This document shows, piece after piece, positions 38,889 through 51,006 of a stretch of 64,000 nucleotides of DNA. The stretch is from Haliotis rufescens (Eukaryota). The position numbers were made by a program, and so were the translations under genes. Position 1 is the stretch's first letter; each line of letters begins with the position of its first letter. The DNA lies in contig NW_025963791.1 in the NCBI RefSeq assembly GCF_023055435.1, positions 32,426,001 through 32,490,000 of the forward strand. Direction: 5' to 3'. The notes below the pieces were generated by a model. The model made no database searches and was not told the DNA's origin. It saw nothing but the letters and a program-made list of their open reading frames with translations.

Positions 38889-41800
38889 GTATGTACTGTA
38901 CAATGTGTAAACCTCGTTCAAGTACATAACACAAGGAAGTGTCTCCGAGTGTCACAACAACTGAACAAGAAGGGAAGATATTAAACACAGACACATTCAC
39001 AGATAGTGAGTAGGATTACTAATCGATAAAGTTCTTAGCACGCGTCTCAGTGTGTGACGAAATGAGGAAATGTCATGATAGTTGGTTATCGACATGTGAT
39101 CAGTCAACAGTACACAGCCTTGGGCGTCGGCTGTTCACATGATCGCCAGGTTGTACACCTCCCTCACACAAGATCGCGAATGAGGACAATACAGGTCATG
39201 ACCCGAGGCGTCAGGTTTCTACTGAAATGAGATCTGTAGGTTTCCCTGATCATCGGACCTTGAGATAAGCCCAAACTAACAGGAAAAGGTCAAGGAGTGT
39301 CGCAATGAGTTTCGTAGTGTGCTAGATCCTGGAAAGCTGATTATCTCAGAGTTCATGTAATTCGGGTCATTGCGTCTGTTTACTACGAATACATAAATAT
39401 TGATCACGCAAGGGGGCACGGGTGGCCCTGTCGTCTAAGGCGCCGCGATTCGCTGTGCAGAGTTGCGTCCCTTGGGCACGCCGGAAACCTATGATTGTGG
39501 GTTCGAATCCCGGTTTTCCCCGATTATGTTTCTAGGTTTGTCAGCACCATACCCGTTTTCACCGAAGTTGTAAACGTCTGAGACCTGCATCACTTCGAGC
39601 TTTCCTCCCACATTAAGCTGACACGCCGTGATATAACTGGAATAATGTTAAAAGCGGCGTTAAACCCAACTCACTCACTCACTCACTGATCACGAAAAAG
39701 GAATCAGTAAATATGTTTGACAATGCTATACAACTGTATACTTTATAAATTAAAGTTAAAAATAAGAATATTGATTCGGGTAGATATGTTTGCTGATTTT
39801 GTGTTAAAATCTCTCTGTAATCGGTCGCTATTATGATATTGCAACGATGCACGCACACCCGTATGTATGTATGTTTGTATGTATGTACAGGTGAGGTGAA
39901 ATGGGAAGATTATTGCACTTATATAGCGACGTGCATGCACGTGTGTGTGTTTTGTATGGCTGCTTGTACTAGTCCTGACTGATAGTGCTAGCTCACTGAG
40001 ATACCATGCCGCAGTTTAACATGAATACCCCACTGACTCCGAACCGACCAGTCCTTGTTTTAGCCCCTTAATGCCGAGCGACAGACAGTGTAACAAGAAG
40101 TACCATCTTTTAACGTCTTCTGGTATGACGCGGTCGGGCATCGAACCCCGGACCTTCCGCTCTCCGGGCGGACGCTCTACCACTAGACCACGGAGGCGGT
40201 CTATGTATGTACAGTATCTATGTATGCCATTCTCAAATTGGTCCTGTTTGTCTTGTCATCATTTGATTAAAATATTTCAAAAGATAACAGACCTCACACA
40301 TGACTTAAAATCTTTGTGAAATCGTTGACAAAAATTAAATCCACAGTTTACATATTTAAATGTACCAAAATCCATCAGTGATGCAACAATTTTGATGCTG
40401 TTTTTTAATTATTTTTCCACAATGCAATTTTCTTTGTATGTTGAGCAGTTTTGGGTTGCCTTGTCTACTAAAGCAAAGTATTTGTGAATTAAATATTTTG
40501 AGAAAAAGTATGTTTCTGCTTTATGCATTATTTCAAATAACAAAATTCATGTAGTCCTTATTGTTAAATTCATTTTTCATGCTAGGTACAGTTATGTTTA
40601 ATAAGGTCAATACTGAAAATTAGTACTTGTTGATAAGTATAATGACACAATGATACCAGTGTTACCTCTTGATCAGAACCGTTACCCAAATGACAAGAAA
40701 AATATGCCACTGATTTCACTTCTTATTACACACAGTCTTGTTAATTACAAAGTCACTTGGTGTATTTTAGTGTCATTTGCATGCAATGGAAATTGGATGT
40801 CGTAACATAAATGCAAGTTAACGTCACAAGACCTTTTTAAAACGTTCTTTTTATGTTAGTGTTATACCAATTGCCAGTGCTGTTTCACCAAAGACAAGTT
40901 TGTCCTTGTCGGAAGCTCAATTGGGTTGATTAAACTATATAGGTAGTTTTAATATTGTTTCAATGTACTGAATATTTCTTATTTTGAAAAGCATATTTGC
41001 AAAAAATATAAATGAATAGTTTTCCTACTATGAGTGTAACACCAATGACACACTTGTCGTTATTCACATCTCTCTGCATTTGACATAGGCCTGGTTGCCG
41101 ATAGTTCTACAAATAAACCTTATAAACGTGGAATAACACATTGCCATGAGACCCATTGCTAAACTGTCTTAACAATGGAACTAATGTAAATATAAAACAA
41201 ACTGACGTCAAATTGTCATTGGTGTAACACTTATTTAAGATATGATTCATGGTGTTTTAATGTTCTTACAAAACATAATTAAAATCAATTTTCTGTGATA
41301 CATGAAAAGCACATTTAAATGACAGTTACCTTTTACCTATCATAAAAGAGTATGTTAGATATTTCATGATATCAGTGACATAAGGCATTAAGTCATTGGA
41401 ATAACAGGAGGCTTGTAGGGTATATTTTCGTTTGCATTATATTTATGATGTTTGTATCAAAGAACTTATTTCAGTTTGTAAAAGCCTCACCATGACAAAA
41501 AATACATAGATTTATATACTAACAACTACTCCCGCTGCATAGAAAAATGTGCTCGAGAAAAGAAATTAATAATCTCTGTGCATCTACCAATTTAAATCTG
41601 TTGAATCAGTGCACATGTGACAGATGTTACCATAATGACAACAGACAAAATGATGGTGCATTTCAAGCTTACATATCCTTTTCAACTAATTTGCTGCCTG
41701 CTTTTCATGTCGTCTACTTGGCCTCATGCACAGGAGGTGATCAGAAGGGATGATTCAGTTTCTTCTCAATTTTCTTTTATTTCAGCCATTTACGATATGT

Positions 41801-42178
41801 TACACCACTGGGTTTTTTACAAGCATATAATTTTGTATACGTATGCCTTGACTAGACTGTAACACTAGGTGATGCACGAGGTAAAATTAAAAGATAATAA
41901 ATGTGCAATATGAATTATGAAATTAATCAATACACTTCGGGAAAAAATGCAAGCTCAAACTGATGTCACAGTCCACTGACAAGACAATTTACTGTATCTG
42001 GAATTAGCTGAACATTTCTTTATATGATTAAAATACGTAAAACGTGAGATCAATCTTCTAAATTTATATACATAAATGTATTTAGTAATCACATATTGTT
42101 TCGAATCCCCCTCAATGGTCATTTTGTGAGAATTGCTCAATTGACCATGAAAGTGACCAGTCTTGAGAATCACCAATG

Positions 42179-42191
42179 TATGTATGTGTGT

Positions 42192-42229
<38 letters not shown>

Positions 42230-42285
42230 CTGTGCGTATGTGTGTCTGTGCGCGTGTGTGTCTGTGCGCGTGTGTGTGTGTGTGT
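42179..42285. repeat. (GT)n-rich microsatellite
   Basis: Seen directly. The paralogous position is the N gap at 57300-57455. Confidence 0.95.
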
Positions 42286-42476
42286 TATGTGTTGTTATAT
42301 ATCATGTGTATCAACATCTCACGCTCCAGGAGGGTGGTTGGGGCCCGGGCGTCTAAAGCGCCGTTGTACGCTCTTCCGAGTATCCGTTGACACTGGGTTC
42401 GAATCCTACATTCGCCCTGATTATGAGCTTTTGCCAGCATCATTCCGTTGCTGAAAAGTGGTAAACGGTTGACGCC

Positions 42477-42694
42477 TACATTAATTCGGGGTTTCCTCCA
42501 ACGTGAAATGCTCACTCACTCACTCACTCACTCACTGGGTACATTAATTCGGGTTTTCCTCCAACGTGAAGTGTTCACTCACTCACTCACTCACTCACTG
42601 GGTACATAAATTCGGGTTTTCCTCCAACGTGAAATGCTCACTCACTCACTCACTCACTCACTCACTCACTCACTCACTCACTCACTCACTGGAT
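42477..42694 (+). repeat. Compound minisatellite [gggtacattaattcgggttttcctccaacgtgaaatgct(cact)n] x3, tail of a diverged family-C-like SINE starting at ~42328
   Basis: Three units here and four units at the paralogous site 57670-57945. Confidence 0.9.
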
Positions 42695-42789
42695 ACATGT
42701 GATGTTATTATCACGGATATATACTAAGTCGTAAACACTGATATCATACTGTGTTTCAGGGCTCCTGTATTGCTGTTATTGTGTTCCAG

Positions 42790-45098
42790 ATGTCGGGATC
42801 TGTGGCTGAGAAACCGAGTGACTTGCTGACGTGTGTAATGTGCAATAATGTGTACACAGACCCCTGTACACTGAGGTGTGATCACACATTCTGCAGGAAA
42901 TGTGTCACAGGATACATCCAAACCAGACCAGATGCTGTACAGTCCAAGACGATCCCCTGTGCCTTCTGTCGTCAGTTTACCAAGGTCCCCCACCCTAGCA
43001 GGCCTCTGGAGGAATGGGCGGGGCAGATCAAACCCAGTATCATTATACAGCGGCTGATTGACATTCATGAACCTGAGCATACAAGATCAGGTATTAAATA
43101 TATTTAAATAATATATTTATGATTAAGAAAAGTGCTTTGCCTAAAGAAATTATGAAGGCGAAATACGTTCGTATGACACTGCTTATTGGTCTTAAGCTCC
43201 TCAGTTCCATTTATAAAAGAACTGAAGACAATGTCACGCTAAACAAGTGAAATAATATTTTCATCTGTTATGCAGTTAAACTTTTGCCAGATTGTTTTAC
43301 ATGCATTTCACGAATCAGAGATTTTTCTTTATATTTTATCTTTAAGGTTTAATATTTGTTAAACATGACATTAAAGTTGTCCAACTCTTGTCCAATTATG
43401 ATTGCAATAATTACTATTATTCATTAAAAATGTTTATTTGTAGATATTGCGGATTCCCAACACTGCTATGTTTGTTGGGAACTAGGGGAGACAACTCGTG
43501 CAGCTTTATGGTGCCCTGACTGTGACGTTCCGCTCTGTGACAGATGCGTTCGGACACACCGTGCATCCCCTGCCTCTCGTGAGCATCAGCTGTCCGATCT
43601 TTCTTGGAGGCACAGAATGAAAAGGAACCGGAAATTAACGTGTACAGACCACACGGATGAACAAGTCAAATTTCTTTGCATGGATTGTAGCAAATTGTCC
43701 TGTCAGTCGTGCAGTGTTCTTTACCATCGGAAATGTGAATCTGTCCTCACGATTAAATCACAGCTGCCGCTGCTGAAGTCTGGATTATCTTTGAAAAGAA
43801 AGATCATGCACAACGCTCTGCAGAACAAAAGGACTAAGAAATCCAAGCACGAATTAAAAGTGAAACACCTGTCAGAGACGCATCAGTTAATACATGCAAA
43901 CATTCAGGCAATTACAGAAACAATTGTTAAAAACATAAAACTCAAGGAACAACAATTGTTAGATGAACTTGATACCATAACGAGGACCATCACCGATGAC
44001 ATACAGGCTGTTTTGAAACACGAAGAGATCGAGATGCAGATGTACAGACAACATTGTGAGTTCATTGACCAGGCCTTGTTATCGGACTGTGAGATGGACC
44101 TGTATGACGCGTATCAGGCCTGGGAGTTCGGAGCTGCTGACTTTGGTGATTGTCCAGACAGAGACAAAGCAGACACACGGAGAATAGACGACATCAGGTT
44201 TACACCAGACACTGACAACGTCCAGCAACTCCTAGATGACCTACTACTGGGAACGATTGACGTCACATATGAGGATGTGCAGAAACCACCTTCTTATTGT
44301 TTGTTATATGAGACGATGGACGGACGGACAGATGTTGATGAACGGGAACCGTACCTGCGTGATAATACTGTTCTTGTTGTAAACGACATTGAAACACTCG
44401 TAGTGACCGACTGGAATGAAAAAAGCGTGAAATCCTTCTACACCAGGAAGGATCATTCATGCCACAGCAAACTATCCCTCAAAAACTCTCCATTTGGAGT
44501 GGCATATTTGAAGGAAAACCACGTTATCGTTACGATCCCAAGATCTCATCAGATTGTGACAATCGGAGTGACCCCTGACTTAGATCTGCTTTCAACCATC
44601 GACACCAGCAAGGCGTATTACAGTGTTGCTGTTCTGAATCCCGCGTCTTTAGTAGCCGGTGCCATTAACTGTGTGGACATCTTAGATATGGAGGGGAAGG
44701 CTCTGAGATGTGTCAGCGGACCTGGAGATGAGTTACCCCTGACCTATCCATACTACATCAGCGTGAGCAGCAAGGGCAACATACTTGTGTCTGACTGTTG
44801 GAAAGGAGTAGCAAAATGCCTGACATCAGAGGGTGACGTTATGTGGACATACGCCCCTACCGAAGACAAAGCAATCAGTGATCCTTGTGGCATCGTGGCA
44901 ACCCGCACGGGTTATGTTCTACTTGCAGACCGGCGTTTGAACAAGGTCGTGCAACTGACAGAGAAGGGAAGGTTTGTCCGAGATGTAATCACAACACGGG
45001 ATGACATCAAGTCACCATTGGGTCTCGCTGTGGACAGACATGGCTCCATATGTGTGTGTGATAAAGACGGCATCAAACGCTTCATTCTAACGTTATGA
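42790..45098 (+). CDS. TRIM-A: RING-Bbox1-Bbox2-CC-NHL E3 ligase, join(42790..43090,43444..45098), 651 aa
   Basis: ATG follows ttccag. C3HC4 RING (CVMC..CDHTFCRKC..CAFC). Phase-1 intron gtatta...tttgtag. The spliced frame is continuous with ORF 43617..45098. Confidence 0.92.
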
Positions 45099-46406
45099 AA
45101 TTGTTACATGTGAATAGAACGTACATTTGGCCTATATTATCCTGTATCCAAGACAGGATGATATCAAGTCAACACTGGGGCTCTTTCTGGACAGACATGG
45201 CTCTTAAAGTTTGTGTAATAAAGACGGCATCCAACGCTTTATTCTGACGTTATGAAACTGTAACACGTGGCTGAAACGTTATGATGATACCCTATCCTGT
45301 ATCTAAAAATCCGTGACAAATTGCATTTGTATCTGTTCTCTTGTGTATTTCGAAGACATGCACGTGTAGGTATGTGAGCAAATAAATGTCATTTCCTGTA
45401 TGATGCTGACAAACCTAGAAACATAATCGGGGCGAACCGGGATTCGAACCTACAATCATAGGGTTCTGGCGTGCCAAGGGACGCAACTCTGTACAGCGAA
45501 TCGCGGCGCCTTAGACGACTGGGCCACCCGTGCCCCCTCCTGTATGTGAAACAGAAGCTATGCAAGAACCAAACAGTACGAACCACCACTTTCTTCAATT
45601 AAATGTGAGTGAGTGAGTGAGTATGGTTTTACGCCGCTTTTAGCAATACTCCAGAAATATCACAGCGGGGGACACCTGCAATGGGCTCCCCACATTGTAC
45701 CCATGTCGGGAATCGAACCCGGATCATCGGCGTTACGAACGAACGCTTAAACCACTAGGCTACCCGACCGCCTCTTATGTAATGAAAGGCTGGATGAAAT
45801 ATCGTAGCATCCACCTTTCCTGTTTAAGATTTGTCTCCTGGTGGGACACATACCATGAGGTATACAGAAGAGTGTTGTACACTACGATAAACGTCTAAAC
45901 ATTTCATCGTTTACATACTCTTACGCCCCGTGAAGATCCGGGGTAGAATATATAGGTCTTCAGCAACTCATGCCTGCCGTAAGAGGCGACTAACGGGATC
46001 GGGTGGTCAGGAACACTGGCTTGGTTGATGCATGTCATCGTACCCCAATTGCGTGGATCGATGCTCATGAAATGAGCCACTTGATTGTCTGGTCCAGACT
46101 CGATTATATACAGACCGCCCTCATATAGCTGGGATATTGCTGCGTGCGGCGTTAAACAACAAACAAACAAACATATTCTTACTCCCCAAGTCATCTCCAT
46201 ATATAACGTGGCCATACGGTACAAGTTCAAATAGGGAGTCTCATCAGACAACGGAGTCAGTGATGACCCACGAGGCTGGGCACGATAACGTAAAGTCAGC
46301 CAGGTCAGGTCGTTTCTTACGATTAGCATGAGATACGTGGGACTGCCTGACACACTGCCCCAACATCCTTTCTGAGTCTCGGCGCCAAATGTGTTTATGG
46401 TTATAG

Positions 46407-46567
46407 TGAGTGAGTGAGTGTGGTTTTACGCCGCTTTTAGCAATATACCAGCAATATCACGGCGGGGGACACCAGAAATGGGCTTCACACATTGTACCCA
46501 TGTCGGGAATCGAACCGGGGTCTTCGGCGAGACGAACGCTTTAACCACTAGGCTACCCGACCGCCCC
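46407..46567 (-). mobile_element. SINE family B inserted after the segmental duplication
   Basis: 14-bp TSD gtttatggttatag (46393-46406 and 46568-46581). The paralogous site at ~61687-61700 is empty. Confidence 0.93.
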
Positions 46568-48043
46568 GTTTATGGTTATAGAAAACGGCGATTCCTTCGG
46601 AATTGGTACAGGGAGCCTGAAGCCATGCATTTAGTAATACAGCTAAAGTTAGCTTCAAACAAATAGCAATATAGAAATACAGGATGTATACTCCTCAACT
46701 CAGGTGGGGGGCGGTCGGGTAGCCTAGTGGTTAAAGCGTTCGCTCGTCACGCCGAAGTTCGATTCCCGACATGCGTACAATGTGTGAAGCCAATTTCTGG
46801 TGTCCCCCGTCGTGATATTGCTGGAATATTGCTAAAAAGCGGCGTAAAACTATTCTCACTCCCATATTCAACTCAGGTGGAGACTGAGTGTGACTAAATA
46901 CTTATATATGCTTTCATACAAATATAATTCGATATCACGAGGGAACTGGTGCATTTTCTGTCACATTCAAACATACGATAAAGTTTCCTACCAGTATGAA
47001 GCATCTTATCCTTCTCAAACGTTGAGTAGTATGGTTGTGGCATACGCTTATAGTATGACAGCGACCTGCTCATGTTAATATACACCTTGTGGGTACATGG
47101 ACGAGCTTACTATCTTTGCACCAATATGCCAGTACCATGGTGGAACTTAACATATCGCAGTTATCAGATAACTAGCAGAAGAAACGGCAGCTTCGGTTTG
47201 TCTTTATATGTTCTCTGTGGGTCTTCAGTTTTGAGATTGTTGATATCTTGATTTCACCCACTTGCATTTCATTGCTACAATATGTTGCAGCTATGTATGT
47301 CGTCATGGATAAAAACAAGGGCTGGCCATGGCCATCAGTGTATAAATCCCTGAAACAATAAAATAGGTTTTCCGCTTGACACAATACACTAGACATGCAC
47401 AGTATTATTGGACGTTGCATGATGATCAGATGAGTAGCACTTATTCCAGATATTGTAGAATTCGTGTCACAATTCGTCAAAATGTAAAGACATATTTTTT
47501 TATTTTATTCACGGGGATACTGTTTTTGTATTTTCTTAAACAAGCCTAAAACTAATGTATACTCCACAGGATGTAGAAATCCATTTTTACGTCAACACAT
47601 AATAATAATCTTTGTAGAATTAAGGTCATCGGGTAGATTATGCGTTCTCAATAAAAAAACGATTGAACATAGACCAAAGAACATAAGAATCAAGTCGTCA
47701 GTTCGATATCTACAATATGTGCGTTGCATAACATAAAAATATAATATGGATTTTAAATGTGTATTTGTTGATTCAGGCTGTATATATCAGAAATGCTTTC
47801 GAAAGTGATCGTATCAGTAGTGGCTGCGGAGTGACCTCCCTTGTGTGTAAGGGGGCGTTGTATGTCAACACAGAGAACTGTCGCGGGTGGGATTCTCGCA
47901 TCGAGTCGTGGCATTGAATATCAGGGGAAGTAGTATTCAACACCTCACCGCTGTTTTAGGGTACGTGTTCCGCTCAATTCACTTATGTGTGTCATGTTCT
48001 GTTAAGATGTTAGCCTACACGGATAAACTCCATGTCATTTCGA

Positions 48044-48066
48044 TAAAGTGAAACCGAAAATAGAAA
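48044..48066 (+). promoter_or_regulatory. Candidate ISRE/IRF element (aagtGAAAccGAAAataGAAA)
   Basis: Matches GAAANNGAAA plus a third GAAA. Retained at 63781-63800. Lies ~90 bp after a candidate donor (agg|gtacgt, 47961) and ~3 kb upstream of TRIM-B. Confidence 0.4.
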
Positions 48067-51006
48067 TACTTAGCAGAGTAAGTTCTGATAACACCATGAC
48101 ATGTTTAGTGTTGATGTCACAAAGGTGTAAATGTACATGCTAACAGTACCTGGTATTTCTAAAATATACAGATTTCTTTTACATACATCAAACAGGCGAC
48201 TTCGAAGATTGTTACCATCTTCAACCACATGCAAATGCTCACCACCCTCTCAATGCATGTTGAGCGCCTCTGTGGTCTAGCGGTAGAGCGCCCGACCTGA
48301 GAGCAGAAGGTCGGGGGTTCGATCCTCGGCCGCGTCATACCAAAAGACGTTAAAGGATGGTACTTGTTGTTACCCTGTCTGGCGCTCGGCTTAAAAGGGC
48401 TAAAACAAGGACTGGTCGGCTCGCAGTCAGTATACTGTGTCTGAGTCGGGTATTCATGTTAAACTGTGGCATGGTATCTCAGTGAGCTAGCACTATCAAT
48501 CGGCAATAGGTCCGGACTAGTACAAGCAGCCACACACACACACACACACACACACCGCACACACACACACGCGCGCGCGCGCATGCACGTCGCTTTATTA
48601 GTGCAATAATCTTCACCTCACCCTGCCTCTTTGTTCTGTGAGTTGTGCTTACATGGCAGAAAAGAAGTCTTTTAATATCACTAGGGTACAATATGCTTAC
48701 TATTTACCGTGCAAGAAATACATGATCAATGATACTCTACTGGGAATAGAAACAGATGGATGCATGATATATCGTCAAGTTATCACCAGTCGTGACAACA
48801 GCAAATTAATATTTTAGTTTAGCAAAGTAAACTGTCGAGCGTTTACAAAATATAATTCTTTGTTTATTGTATTTCTGAAACTGATTAATATCAGTGTTGT
48901 GTTGTTTTCTAGAAGGCTGGTAACAACTTTACCATGACGCATATACATAACTATGATGGTTTGACACTTTCGTATTCAAACCGTCACAATATCTAGAATT
49001 AGCCTTGGGGAATTAGCTCGGGATCGGGCACCAATCAAAGAAACCAAACAAAGTGTCTATGGCCAGCTCCTTTATTGGGGATTTCTCGACAGTCTGTTTA
49101 CATTTAAAATAAGAAATATTTTTACATATATAGTACAAAGTCATGTAGACATTTACAGTTTTCACAAAAGAAGCAGTTATCACAATAGTGTGTGACATTA
49201 AACAATGATTACACATAAGAGTGTAAATTTCATGATACATAAACGTACGGTAAGCTAAGTGATAACACAACCAGTTACAAATAACAATATTAAAGTCAGT
49301 CTACAAAGATACCTACGAACAAGACTTACATAATCTTATGTGACACTTATTTTCAGCCACTCCTAATTATGATTACGCCTTGCTAACTGGGACTGCCATA
49401 AGGTATGTCTTATTTACGTACAATTCTAGTTAAACCCAGTGTCGGTATCAAATGTACGCAGATTTAATATAAATAACAACGTGTAATGGCTGTAACTTCT
49501 GAGCATATATCATTCATTTTTTATGCTGGTATATGTTATACTTGAAGGCCATATCTATAATTGATCTAAACTACCGCAGCAAACAAACTATATCTGATAG
49601 CATTCATCCACATACACTGAGTTAACGGGCCCATTAACAAATGTCCATTCACATTACTGAATGGTATAATATATGGATATATGGATATTTTAGACATTGC
49701 TCGTAATGTAGACATGTTTGCTGAAGCTGTGTTACAAATGCATTATGCTCATACCTATGTAAGTACAAGAGAGTTACCTATCATATTTGTACATCGCTAA
49801 CAGATTAACTAAATGATTACATGGATATTATTACTGATTTTAGCTCTGGCTTAGTTGTGCTATTAGCATAAATTTGTGTGATGTAAATACATCATATATT
49901 AGCTAAAAGAAATTAACGTTTTCTGCCAGGCTAGTTCAATCAAATAACTCTTATATTATTTAAGTTATTTAAAGCAGTCTGGATTCTGTTTATGAACAAG
50001 TAATACACGTACATGCAATGTATTGTTCATCATAGAATCCTTACATGTACATACTTCGTGTGATATAAAAAGTCTCATCAAAGTGAGGTAGTTCGTTTCA
50101 TTTACACGACGTTTTCACATATATACAAATTAACTGAATCACACTAAAATAACAACACCCAGATAAAATACACAGCTTGCTACCACGACACCCGAGTCTT
50201 AACACCTTATTTGCGACTCGGAACATGTTTGATATTCAATATATGCTATACCGTGGAGTAAATACGTAAACGATAGTTTTGTCTAAACCTAACGCACATA
50301 CATTGGACAGATGAGTCCGTTTAATAGATACAACCCACTTAATATATTTGCCCTTATACGTGGTCCATTACATAAGATTAAATACCTTTACAGCTGATAA
50401 TATTGCTCCATATACGATACAAATTATAAAACAATTTAATTTATAAATTTAGAGAAATAGTAAAGTGAACATGACTTACCTTCAAAGAGACCAAACAAAG
50501 TGTCTATGACCAGCTCCTTTATTGGGGATTTCTCGACAGTGAGGTACCCCCGGGGCTTTTCTAAGAAGTTTGACCAAGTGATGTCCACATAAGTTGAATA
50601 ATAATTGATGAAGTTGTCCGAAAATATTGATATGATGTTGACGTATCAGCGGCAAGCGGTCACCGAAATGGAGGCTGAGACACGTACAGATAGATGATGC
50701 TGACCATGCTCCAAGGATGTTATGTAATTGTCTAGATAGCTGCGACCTTCACATGTGAGACTGACTGAATACAGCACCTTACATTCAATTTAATATAACA
50801 CCATAAAGACTATTACCACAGTTACCTATTTTATAAATATTGAGGAAAAAATGACCAATTTTACAACTTTGACATAACTAGAACTGCATTAATTTCTAAA
50901 CCAAACCGGCCTTATATCACCAGTATGCATACATGTTGTAATTACAGTTCACTTTACGGAAAATACTTTTCTCATTTGTTTTCTATCAAATTTTCCAGTT
51001 TTACAG

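Noticed and set aside
42477-42694. Repeat-spacer-like pattern resembling CRISPR
   Set aside because: The 'spacers' are (cact)n microsatellite, the context is eukaryotic, and there are no cas genes.
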